Below are positions 29,401 to 36,300 of a stretch of DNA of 64,000 nt, one piece after another (the first letter of the stretch is position 1; every line of letters starts with the position of its first letter). Source of the stretch: Lichenifustis flavocetrariae (GTDB lineage Bacteria > Pseudomonadota > Alphaproteobacteria > Rhizobiales > Beijerinckiaceae); NCBI RefSeq assembly GCF_026130545.1, contig NZ_JAMOIM010000008.1, positions 153,038 to 217,037 on the forward strand. The letters run 5' to 3'. Below the pieces are notes generated by a model that saw only the letters and a list, made by a program, of their open reading frames with translations, had not been told where the DNA came from and ran no database searches. The translations under genes were made by a program, and so were the position numbers.

Positions 29401-29606
29401 AGAGCCGAGGGCGAGATGCCGCTCACCTGGTTTGCCGAAAGTGCTTCGAGATTGGTGGTGCTGAATTCGATCAGTTCGACCGAGGTCAGCGCCGCGACTT
29501 CCGTGGTTTCGAAGCTTTCGACGTCGCTGGTCGTGAATTGCTGGATGGTGGTCGCACTCAGCCGCGCGATCTGCGCTGCCGTCATCGACGAAAGGATCGA
29601 TGTCAT
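20475..29606 (-). CDS. Giant (3043 aa) Ser/Thr/Gln-rich protein composed of ~380 tandem octapeptide repeats
   Basis: Uninterrupted 9132-nt ORF. Translation is almost entirely 8-aa units such as ALTTTQIA / ALSTTQVG / GLTATQIS (consensus [AGS]L[ST][ST][ST]Q[IV][AG]). No N-terminal signal peptide, no Cys, almost no charged residues. Confidence 0.8.
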   Translation of the reverse strand: MTSILSSMTAAQIARLSATTIQQFTTSDVESFETTEVAALTSVELIEFSTTNLEALSANQVSGISPSALSGLSLASFNALAASDLSAFTSSQMSALSAQELNSLDPGEVQSLSVQQLSALIRPQIAGLSTTTLSNLTATQFGQLNATQVGTLSTAQLNSLLLNQILALDPANLTASQMSGLNATEVQNLSSTQVASLAATQVGALSVSGLNALSQDEMQALTATQEAGITASQITGLTSTSLAELTTTQMAALTTQQVRGLTPNQLSGLSTAAMQAIPVATFSATQIGQLSSTAFANLSATQIAGLSAAQVQALSIPSLNALQTDEVQALTSTQTGALTSTQISGLTDATLAAFTPAQIAAFTTGQIRGLTATQLTDLPAEMIQALTVGSLSTIQVASLSTTAVANLTSDQVTSLSAAQIGALSSDVLNNLTPTEIQALTTTQAAGLAPRQLGNMTDTTLGLLTTTLLSGLTAPQVQGLTSTQLSDMAPSSLNALPASFLSTTQVANLSATALANLSDAQLAALTSTQVGALSTTSLSNLSAAAIQAMTTTQVAGLQALQLAGLSDTTIAELTTTQLAALTAAQMAGFSTVQLADMSTTSLQALTASRLATSQIAGLGTDSIGAFAASQLSALTASQIAAMSTTVLNGLAATQVQSFTTTQLAGLTATQISGMSDTALAELTTAQLTGLTGAQIRGFTATQLTDMSQATIQALAVQSLSATQVANLSATSLGNLSLTQFASLTSAEIGAMTTTQIGGLTLDQIGQLSVTQMSGLTSTESSALTSDQIAALTNVQLSGLTRSAVSGLVDTQIGAFSITQLSSLNVTQIAGLSTTGVTGLTVSLLAALNTTQLGALTSASIGALTQTQLAALSTTQVAAISTTAASGLATTALTSLSATQIGALTTQQITGLSVTGITALTPSALAALSTQQIGALTTTQMRTLVDTQIANLSQTQLAQLSIQQIAALSSTGLSGLAVTQVAALTTTQVSALTMTEASQLADTQIQAMSATQIGALSTSGISGLTTSLVSDLSTAQLASLGTAQIAKLTATGLSGLSDTQLSALALTQLGALSSTQVAALTATQIGALTATQTAALTTVQVSSLSTSGIAGLTTDTVSALTTSQVGALTSTGLTAFALTQINALTPTQIAALTRSALAGLSQSQIATLTTTQVAALAATQIAALTTTAIAGLTSTELAALAATQLAALRTVQITALVDTQVASLSTSQLTSLYQSQVSALSTTGINGLDSSAIAALGGTQLGALTSTQVNSLDDTQVGALSTTQLGVLSTTQIAALSTTGLSGLTETLMGALSTTQLAALTTTEGQALGQTQIASLSTTQVASLGTRAVGGFATTAVSALSTTQLGALTTRQVAALSTTAVAALSTGAVAALSTQQISALTATQVKALADTQIASLSPAQLGQLSAQQIAALTSTGLSGLAVTQIGALTTTQVAALTATEVGQLADTQIEAMSPAQIGALTTSGISGLTASLVADLTITQLGNLATTQIARLSSSGVTGLTATQIGALTSTQLNALTPAQVGALGATQVAALTATQIGVLSAAQFAALSATGVGGFATSTIAALTTTQVAQLTAIELGGFAGTQIQSLTTTQIPSLSQTAVGGLNQTQVTALTSAQMAALTTTQVGALSVAGLQGLSSSDLMNLTTSQLTALRATQIKALLGTQVAALGTSQIAALLITQIAALSSTGLGGLTTSQIAAMATTQVAVLGSAQANALVDTQVAALSTSQIANLSPGQVASLSTTGISGLTATQVTSLSTTQVGALTATEAAALSGTQLAALSTTQVAALTTTAATALTPTELGQLTTSQIAALTTGQATALSTNSLPGLSTSAMQALNTTQLAALTPSQITALTDTQIGSLSATQLGQLSTQQIAALSATGLSGLTATQISGLTTTQVSALTAVEASAFAGTQLAALSAAQIAALSTSAISGLTQTLISQLSTTQLGNLTSTQVARISTAGIGGLTSTDIAALTLTQIGALTTTQIGALTDTQISAMTATQVGALTAAQAAALSTTGVSGLTTTTIAALTSTQIANLTVTEIGTLANTQIAALSTAQIQALTRTAMGGLNQTQVAALTTAQLSTLATTQISSLSAAAVSGFTSSELAGLSATQLGALGSTQVAALVDTQVAALSTGQLAALAASQIAGLSTTGLGGLSISDIAALTSTQIAALGTTQMDALADTQLGALTIGQLAALSSTQIAAIDPGAITGLTTTELAALSTTQVRGLTPTLLGAIGTTAISAFTATQVAAMNSAELGGLTNAQAAALTLTQIGALADTQVAALSTSAVSGLTTTELAALTITQVQALTATQMSALNDQQIVGLSAGQFGAFSSTQISGLSTTAIAALTTSEATGLTILQIRGLTSTQVGALSSQVVAALTTTQLGAFTTRGIAGLTQTQASALTASQFNALTTTQLAALSTAGVSGITTSQIAALTPDQLGALSSTQIGALSTVQMDAFTASEIAALTTTQAQGLTATQVSDLSAAQVAALTTTALRALSTTAVGGLTSTEIGLLSTTQLGAITSTQIAGLSTTALSGLSNAELAALTTTQFASLSATGIAALSSTQFAGLTTSQIALLSTTEMGGLTATQVGALTPTQLATLNATQIGALVTTGLSGLTSTQLGALSPNQLGALSSTQLSWLPTTAIAGLTLAEIGALTTTQLQGFNSTEIGALTSTQFAALTTTQLGLLTATEMSGFTSAEIATLSEDDLAALSATQIAALSTTGVAGLSQSQLASLSSTQVSALTATQMSALSTTAVSELTTTQIAALSSTQFSSLSASAISALTATQFASLNTTQIGLLSATEMSGLSATEIASLTTTQFAVLSATQIGGISSAAIAGLAPTALAALTSTQFAGLTAVQLQAFSSADVAALSTTQVAGLTASQLTGLARDQLRALSTSQLNALSASQIASLTTTQMVNLTTTELSGLTSTLFSALTPTQISGLSTLQLSNLGATTLAQLSAVQLSGLTTTQVSTLSTTTISNLTVTEIEALNGVQIAALTTTQTAVMTAAQLAALSEAAS
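20484..29590 (-). repeat. 24-nt-period tandem coding repeat array (~380 units)
   Basis: Nucleotide-level 24-bp periodicity underlying the octapeptide repeats. Every alternative frame on both strands also gives long periodic pseudo-ORFs. Confidence 0.85.
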
Positions 29607-30004
29607 GGCCCGCTCGCTTCCACCGTCTCAGACATTGTCGCCTCCGGTCACAACGTTACGAAACGTAAGTCGCCAGATGGCATCCCGTTTTCCTTTAGCG
29701 TCCCGGCATTGCGCGAAGCTGTCCTGCGCCTCGCGATGAGCCCAAAAGACGAAGCACGACCGAAGCGGTGCAGAACCGAATCGCGCGGCCACTATCGCGA
29801 CGCTCTCGCCGTCCAACAATACCCGGATTCTTCGAGCCGCAATCTTGTGCCGTTTGTCGCGGACACAACACGCTGCGGCCAATGCGATGGCCCCGGGGGA
29901 GTTCCTGCCATCAACGATTGCAGCGCCGGACCGAGAGATTGAGCGCGCCTGTAACGGCGACCCAGGCCAAGTGCGGCGGGAACAGGGTCGCGGCCAAGCT
30001 GACG
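29607..30004. promoter_or_regulatory. Divergent intergenic region between the giant repeat gene and a GNAT gene
   Basis: ~400 nt non-coding, lower GC than surroundings; must carry the promoter(s) of the repeat-protein operon and the divergent GNAT gene. Confidence 0.35.
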
Positions 30005-30802
30005 ATGCGATATCAGATCGGCATGGGCCTCGATCTCAAAAGTCGCGATTTCCTGTGGGACGTCGAAGAAGCGTGTTCAAACGCTTTCCCGGCGGCCCGC
30101 GAAATCATCCTCGAAGGATGGCTTCTGCGTGCCGCGGGCGGGCGCACGCGGCGGACCAATTCCGTCAATCCGCTGCGTTTCGGGCCGCGCGATCCGACCG
30201 GCATCGTGCCCGAAGCCGAGGCGATCTACGCGTCACTCGACCGTCCGGCTTTGTTTCGCGTTCCGTCGCTCGTACCAGACATGGACATCGCTCTGCGGCG
30301 GCTCGGCTACGAGGCACAGGGTGAGGTCTGCACGCTCTTCGCCGACCTTACGGGGTTCGTTCCCGGCGAAGGCGCCGACTTCGCCCTCGCGTCGACACCT
30401 CACACGGGATGGTACGAGGCTTGGGCGGAGCTCGGCGAGAATCCATCACCGGCGATCGTTGCGGATTATCGGCGGTCGGTCGACACGCTGCTCTTGCCGA
30501 AGGCTTTCGCGTGCCGCCACGTCGACGGCACCCCCGTCGCGGTGGCCTATGCTGCCTTGTTTCGCGGGCTCGTAGTTCTGGAATCGGTGCTGACCCATCC
30601 GCTGCACCGGCAGCAAGGGCATGGGGGCGCGATCGTCCGGCGCCTCATGGCCTGGGCCAAGGAGAAGGGGGCCCAAGGCGTCTGTCTCCAAGTCACGGCC
30701 GACAATGGTCCGGCCCGTCAGCTCTACGCCCGGGCGGGCTTTACGACGGAACTCTACCGCTACCATTACCTGAGAGCGGGGACCACCTCTCACCAGTCGT
30801 AG
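30005..30802 (+). CDS. GNAT-family N-acetyltransferase
   Basis: C-terminal acetyl-CoA binding block 'HPLHRQQGHGGAIVRRLMAWAKEKGAQGVCLQVTADNGPARQLYARAGF' (motif A Q/RxxGxG/A). Start at the internal Met 'MRYQIG'. Confidence 0.6.
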   Translation: MRYQIGMGLDLKSRDFLWDVEEACSNAFPAAREIILEGWLLRAAGGRTRRTNSVNPLRFGPRDPTGIVPEAEAIYASLDRPALFRVPSLVPDMDIALRRLGYEAQGEVCTLFADLTGFVPGEGADFALASTPHTGWYEAWAELGENPSPAIVADYRRSVDTLLLPKAFACRHVDGTPVAVAYAALFRGLVVLESVLTHPLHRQQGHGGAIVRRLMAWAKEKGAQGVCLQVTADNGPARQLYARAGFTTELYRYHYLRAGTTSHQS

Positions 30803-30998
30803 CCGCCACTATTCGGGGGTGGAGTACCTACAAAATCGCAGTTGGATCATCAAGCTGCTCTTTCGCAGCTGCGAGATCGGGCTTATATTATGGGCGACCT
30901 CTAAAGGGAGGTTGGCCGACGTTTGACGCGGCCCGCCGGGACAGCCCACGGTCCGAAAGGGACCATGACGAGGCGCCGGCCGACGGACGTTCTCTCCC

Positions 30999-32969
30999 AT
31001 GTTTGATCCTGATACTATGAGCGCCGCAGCGATGACGCATGCGTTGGCGCTAGGGCTTGTCTTCCTTTTGGCCCTCCTTGTGCTGAGGGTCGCGTTCGCG
31101 GCCTTCGTCTACATTCCAAACACTCACTTCGGGGTGATAGAACGAAAATGGTGCGCCCAACGCTCACCCGAGCCGTTTGGCCCTATGGCTCTGCGCGGCA
31201 ACGCCGGCTTCCTGCCGGACGTCATCCGCGGCGGCTGGCATGTTCTCGTGCCGTTTCAATACCGGGTCTACAAGCAGCCGCTGATCAACGTCGATCAGAT
31301 CGGCTACCTCGTGGCGCGTGTCGGCCGCACGCTCGAACCCGGTCAAGCCCTGGGTGAATGGCCGGCCGAGGTGCAGGTCGACGATGCCCGCGGCTTCCTG
31401 GAACAGGGAGGTCAGGCCGGACCGCAGCGCCGCATCCTCCGCTCGGGCACCTATGCGATCAACACGGCTCTGTTCGCGGTGATCGGGGACGACACGATCC
31501 ACCATCTGGTCGAGGCCAAGAAGGATGACGCACAATTCCAAGCCCTGTTGCAAGAGCGCGGCGGCTTCACGCCGATCGTCATCAAGGACGACAAGATCGG
31601 TATCGTGACGGTCCAAGACGGGCCGGCCCTGCAGCACGGCGAGATCATCGCGCCGACTGTCGGCACCGATGCCAACAACCCGGCCCATTTTCACAATTCG
31701 TTTCAGGACATCGGCCGCTTTTTGGCGGCTGGTGGGCGGCGCGGGCGGCAGGAGCAGGTGCTGGTTGAAGGCACCTATTTCCTCAATCGCCTGTTCGCGA
31801 CCGTCGAAGTCACGGGCAAGCGTCGCATCGAGATCGGCACCGTTGGCGTGATCAACTCCTTTGTCGGACGCGAAACCGAGGAGGCCATCACGGCCGAAAA
31901 TGGACGCGGCCGCACAGTCGAGGTCGGCCAGCGCGGTATCTGGCGACGGCCGCTCGAACCCGGCAAATATGCCGTCAACCCTTATGCGGCCGAGGTGATC
32001 GACGTGCCGACCACGAACTTTCAGCTGCGCTGGATCGCGGGGGTCGTCAGCGCCGCGGCCCTGCCGAACGGCAAGAGCTATGACAACGACCTCAAGGAGA
32101 TCCCGGTGATCACGCGTGATGCCTTCGAGATCCTGGTGCCGTTGTCGATCGTGGCTCATATCGCGCCCGTCAACGCGCCGCATGTGATCCAGCGCTTCAG
32201 CCAGATCGAGCGGCTGGTGAACCAAACACTCGATCCATTCGTGTCCTCCTATTTCAAGGATACGGCTCAGCGGAACACGTTGCTCGACTTCATCGAGAAG
32301 CGTGTCGAGATCGGCAAGGAGGCCCTGAAGGCCATGAAGGAGCGACTGGCCGAGCATCGGATCGAGATCGAGGAGGTGATGATCGGCACCCCGAAACCCA
32401 CGCCCGGCGACACCCGCATGGAAGCGATGCTCGAACAGCTCCGAGCGCGACAACTCGCCAAGGAGGAACAGAAGACCTTCGTCGACCAGCAGGAGGCCGC
32501 GACGAAGCGCAAGGCTCTCAATGAGCAGCTGGCCTTGGCGGATCAGCAGGCCGGCATCACCAAGTCGGAACTGTCCATCCGCATTGCCGAGAACGAGGGG
32601 GCGGCCGAAACGGCCCGCAAACGTAAGGCGGCCGACGGCATCCGGATCATGGCCGAAGCGGAAGGCTCGGCCGAAACCGCGCGCAAAAGCCGTGCGGCCG
32701 AGGGCATCCGGGTGATGGCGGAAGCCGAGGCCTTCGCGGCCAAGGCCAAGGCCGAGTCGATTGGCGGCACCGACAACCTGATCCGTCAAGCTGTGATCAG
32801 TGCGCTGGTCGAGATTGCACGGGAGACGAAGATGCCGCTCGTGCCTTCAGTGGTGGTCGGCGGCGAGACTGCGAATGGCATCGGCGGTCTTCCCGGACTG
32901 TTGCTTGCGATGGCGGGCAGAGACCTGCTGCCGTCGACCGACTCATTGGCGGAGAGCCGAAGCCGCTGA
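30999..32969 (+). CDS. Flotillin-like SPFH/Band-7 domain protein (YqiK/FloA-like)
   Basis: N-terminal TM helix, SPFH core, and a long Glu/Ala/Lys/Arg-rich coiled-coil tail containing the internal duplication '[21 protein letters not shown] / [21 protein letters not shown]', typical flotillin EA-repeats. Confidence 0.75.
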   Translation: MFDPDTMSAAAMTHALALGLVFLLALLVLRVAFAAFVYIPNTHFGVIERKWCAQRSPEPFGPMALRGNAGFLPDVIRGGWHVLVPFQYRVYKQPLINVDQIGYLVARVGRTLEPGQALGEWPAEVQVDDARGFLEQGGQAGPQRRILRSGTYAINTALFAVIGDDTIHHLVEAKKDDAQFQALLQERGGFTPIVIKDDKIGIVTVQDGPALQHGEIIAPTVGTDANNPAHFHNSFQDIGRFLAAGGRRGRQEQVLVEGTYFLNRLFATVEVTGKRRIEIGTVGVINSFVGRETEEAITAENGRGRTVEVGQRGIWRRPLEPGKYAVNPYAAEVIDVPTTNFQLRWIAGVVSAAALPNGKSYDNDLKEIPVITRDAFEILVPLSIVAHIAPVNAPHVIQRFSQIERLVNQTLDPFVSSYFKDTAQRNTLLDFIEKRVEIGKEALKAMKERLAEHRIEIEEVMIGTPKPTPGDTRMEAMLEQLRARQLAKEEQKTFVDQQEAATKRKALNEQLALADQQAGITKSELSIRIAENEGAAETARKRKAADGIRIMAEAEGSAETARKSRAAEGIRVMAEAEAFAAKAKAESIGGTDNLIRQAVISALVEIARETKMPLVPSVVVGGETANGIGGLPGLLLAMAGRDLLPSTDSLAESRSR

Positions 32970-33214
32970 ATGGCATTTTGGCCGGTCCCGCCAAAGGACC
33001 GGCCAAAAGCAGTTTCGTTCCGAGGCGGCGAAGCCAAGCCCGAAACCGGTGTGCGACGGTTTTGGACGCCGATGTTTTCGGGTCAAGCTTCGCTGGGTTG
33101 TTTCGCGGGGCAAGAACGCCACTTCTCCCACGTTTCTATGTTGAGGCAACAACGCCTGCGTCGATTGGCGGTCTCCTGAGCCGCGTCTCGACTTCGAATG
33201 TAAGGAACTTGCCG

Positions 33215-33997
33215 ATGCCGATCCGTGTCGTCGTTTGGAATGAATTCATCCACGAGCGTGAGAACGAGGCCGTCAAGTCGATCTACCCTGACGGCATTCA
33301 TGCCGCCATCGCAGCGGCCTTGGGCGGCGGCGACCTGCAGGTTTCGACCGCGACCCTCGATGAACCCGAGCACGGTTTGCCTCAGGGACGGCTCGATGAC
33401 ACCGACGTTCTTCTCTGGTGGGGCCACAAGGCCCATGGGCAAGTGTCCGATGAGGTGGTCGAACGTGTCGCCCAACGTGTCTATGAGGGCATGGGCCTGA
33501 TCGTCCTCCACTCCGGCCATTTCTCCAAGATCTTCAAGCGGCTCATGGGCACGCCCTGTTCGTTGCGGTGGCGCGAGGCGGGTGAGCGCGAGAGGATGTG
33601 GGTGATCAACCCGAGCCACCCCATCACCCAGGGGCTCGGCGCGCAGATCGAGATTCCGAATTCGGAAATGTACGGCGAGCCCTTCCTGGTTCCCGAGCCT
33701 CTGGAGACTATCTTCGTCTCCTGGTACCAGGGCGGTGAAATTTTCCGCTCGGGCCTCACCTACAAGCGGGGCGCCGGGAACATCTTCTATTTCGGCGCGG
33801 GCCACGAAACCTACCCGATCTACCACAATCCGGAGGTCCAGACGGTGCTGCGCAACGCCGTACGCTGGGCCTATAATCCAGTGCCACGCTGGGCCGATGT
33901 CGAGAAGGCGCCGAATCGGCCGATCGATCAGGCCCTGGAGAAAATCGAGGCGCGGGGTCTTTCGCTCCATACGGCTGGCCAGGAGGGATTCCGGTGA
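33215..33997 (+). CDS. thuA: ThuA-like protein (trehalose/3-ketoglycoside utilisation, class-I glutamine amidotransferase-like fold)
   Basis: '[36 protein letters not shown]...[19 protein letters not shown]...[19 protein letters not shown]' closely matches the ThuA family. Confidence 0.8.
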   Translation: MPIRVVVWNEFIHERENEAVKSIYPDGIHAAIAAALGGGDLQVSTATLDEPEHGLPQGRLDDTDVLLWWGHKAHGQVSDEVVERVAQRVYEGMGLIVLHSGHFSKIFKRLMGTPCSLRWREAGERERMWVINPSHPITQGLGAQIEIPNSEMYGEPFLVPEPLETIFVSWYQGGEIFRSGLTYKRGAGNIFYFGAGHETYPIYHNPEVQTVLRNAVRWAYNPVPRWADVEKAPNRPIDQALEKIEARGLSLHTAGQEGFR

Positions 33998-35067
33998 GCC
34001 AAGCGCAACGCATCCTGATCCTTGGGACGGGCCACATCGCGCACAAGCATGCCGAGCAATTCGGCTCCAATCCCGGATGTACACTCGTCGCGGCCGTTGA
34101 TGCGAATGGGGAACGAGCCCGCGCCTATGCGTCCAGCTATGGCATTCCGCACGTCTTCGAGGATCTCGAGGCGGCGATCCGCTGGAATGGCTTCGATGCC
34201 GCCGTCAATGCGACGCCCGATGCGGTCCACAAGCCGACCAGCCTCCGGTTGATCGCGGCCGGGAAATCCGTGTTCTGCGAAAAGCCGCTCGCGCTCACCG
34301 AGGTGGATGCCTTCGAGATGACCGAGGCGGCCGAAGCGGCCGGCATCATCGCCATGGTCAATCTCACTTACCGCAATGCCCATGCCATCCAGCGGGCGCG
34401 GCAGATGATCGATGCGGGTGAGATCGGCATCGTACGCCACATCGAAGCGAGTTATTTGCAGAGCTGGCTCACCGCCAGCCATTGGGGCGATTGGCGGACC
34501 GAGGAGCGTTGGTTGTGGCGCCTGTCCACTGCTCATGGCTCCAACGGCGTGCTCGGCGACATCGGCATTCATCTCGTCGACTTCGTGACGTTCGGGACGG
34601 GTCTTGACGTCGCGACGTTGCAGGCGCGTCTGAAAACCTTCGACAAGGCGGAGGGCGGACGCATCGGCGCCTACCGGCTCGACGCCAACGATTCCGTCGC
34701 CGTGACGGCCGAAATGAGCAATGGCGCGCTGGCTTCCATCCACATGACGCGCTTCGCCACCGGCAAGCTCAACGACCTCAACCTCGCCATCTACGGCACG
34801 GGAGGCGCGCTGAAAGTCTGGGCCAACCACCTCGAATCGCGTCTCGACGCCTGCCTGGGCGCGGACATGGAAACGCAAAGTTGGCGGACTCTCCCTTGCC
34901 CGGAGACGCCGCGCAACGAGGCGCGTTTCGTGACGGCGCTACAAGCTGGTCGGAATGGTGACCCTACCTTTCGGCGCGCGGCCGAGATGCAACGTCTGCT
35001 CGACCTTTGCCTGGTATCCGGCAAGACCGGTCACCTGATCGCGGTCCGGGACACGATCCAGGGCTAG
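33994..35067 (+). CDS. thuB: Gfo/Idh/MocA-family oxidoreductase (ThuB-like)
   Basis: Rossmann motif '[17 protein letters not shown]', '[11 protein letters not shown]'; ATGA overlap with thuA. Confidence 0.8.
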   Translation: MSQAQRILILGTGHIAHKHAEQFGSNPGCTLVAAVDANGERARAYASSYGIPHVFEDLEAAIRWNGFDAAVNATPDAVHKPTSLRLIAAGKSVFCEKPLALTEVDAFEMTEAAEAAGIIAMVNLTYRNAHAIQRARQMIDAGEIGIVRHIEASYLQSWLTASHWGDWRTEERWLWRLSTAHGSNGVLGDIGIHLVDFVTFGTGLDVATLQARLKTFDKAEGGRIGAYRLDANDSVAVTAEMSNGALASIHMTRFATGKLNDLNLAIYGTGGALKVWANHLESRLDACLGADMETQSWRTLPCPETPRNEARFVTALQAGRNGDPTFRRAAEMQRLLDLCLVSGKTGHLIAVRDTIQG

Positions 35068-36300
35068 GGTGACCAAAAAGCGGCTGCCGACGTCATTCGC
35101 TCCTCCCGCGCAGCTGACACGCCCGCCGTGGCGGGCGGCGATCTGCCGGACGAGCGAGAGACCGAGACCCCAGCCGCCGCCCTGTTCGCTACGCCCCAGC
35201 GGGCGATAGAACGGCTCGAAGACCCGCTCCCGTTCCTCGGGCGGAATACCGACGCCCTGATCCGAGACGACGATCTGGGCTTCCGCACCAAGATCGGAGA
35301 CGGCTACATGGACTGGAGCCTTGCCGTGACGGAGGGCATTTTCCAGGAGATTGCGCAGGAGGCGTCGCAGCAGGGCGGCATTGCCGGCGATCTCGACCGC
35401 ATCGCCGCCCACACTCGCCCCCACCCGCGTCGCCTCTTCCGCCGCCAAGCCGAGTAGGTCGACGCGCTCCGTGAGCCCCACGAATGAACTGGGATGGTCG
35501 AGCCGGCTGGAAAGCAGGATTTCGTCCACGAGGACGTCGACTTCCGCCAGGTTGCGCACGATCTCGGCGTGGGTCGCAGGAATTGGATCCTGCAGCCAGA
35601 GTTCCATTCCGATTCGGAGGCGGGCGAGCGGCGAGCGAAGCTCGTGGCTGGCATTGGCCAGCAAGGCCTTCTGCGATGTCAGAAGCAGATCGAGCCGCTC
35701 GGCCGCGCTGTTGAATGTGCGCGCCACGAGGGCGACCTCGTCGCTCCCGCTTTCGTCCACGCGCGCCGCGGTCTCCCCCGCCCCCCACCGCGCCATACCG
35801 GATCGGAGCGCTTCGAGGCGGCGCGTGAGGCGGGCCGTCACCGGAAAGGCCGCGAGGCCGACACCCCCGGCGACCACAATCACGACGGTCAGGATCCGCA
35901 ATCCGGGGTCCTGCAGGGGCGGCCGTAAGCGGGCCACGACAGCCCGCCCGTCCGGCAGGTCGATCCGCATCACGCGGTGAAACTCGTGCTGGGCGGCGCC
36001 GTCTCGCAGAAACACCGGGCGTCCTTCCGCAACGATCAGGTGGCCATCCCTGGCATAAACCGAAACATCCGCTCCGATCTCGTTGCTCAGGTGCCGGACC
36101 GCCTGTGCGATCGTTCCGCTCGGGGTGTCCTGGTCCGGGATCAGTTCGTTGGTGACACGAATCCGGAACGCCCCCAGGCGTTCCTGGGTCGTCTGGCCGA
36201 GCATCCACCAGATGGCTCCCATCGAGACAGCCACGACAACGAGGCTGGCCAGCAGTGTGAGATAAACCTTCCAGAAGAGGCTGCGATGCAGCGCGATCAT
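34939..36300 (-). CDS. Two-component sensor histidine kinase (HAMP-HisKA-HATPase)
   Basis: Two TM segments; H-box 'LANASHELRSPLARLR'; N, G1, G2 boxes ('LRNLLENALRHGK', 'SDQGVGIPPEERERVFEPFYR', 'GGWGLGLSLV'). The 3' end overlaps the convergent thuB by 129 nt. Confidence 0.8.
   Translation of the reverse strand: MIALHRSLFWKVYLTLLASLVVVAVSMGAIWWMLGQTTQERLGAFRIRVTNELIPDQDTPSGTIAQAVRHLSNEIGADVSVYARDGHLIVAEGRPVFLRDGAAQHEFHRVMRIDLPDGRAVVARLRPPLQDPGLRILTVVIVVAGGVGLAAFPVTARLTRRLEALRSGMARWGAGETAARVDESGSDEVALVARTFNSAAERLDLLLTSQKALLANASHELRSPLARLRIGMELWLQDPIPATHAEIVRNLAEVDVLVDEILLSSRLDHPSSFVGLTERVDLLGLAAEEATRVGASVGGDAVEIAGNAALLRRLLRNLLENALRHGKAPVHVAVSDLGAEAQIVVSDQGVGIPPEERERVFEPFYRPLGRSEQGGGWGLGLSLVRQIAARHGGRVSCAGGANDVGSRFLVTLALDRVPDRDQVTGLAGYQAKVEQTLHLGRAPKGRVTIPTSL

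Noticed and set aside
31164-32789. 541-aa minus-strand ORF antisense to the flotillin gene
   Set aside because: The flotillin reading has clear SPFH and coiled-coil features. The antisense ORF is Arg/Gly/Asp-rich low complexity.
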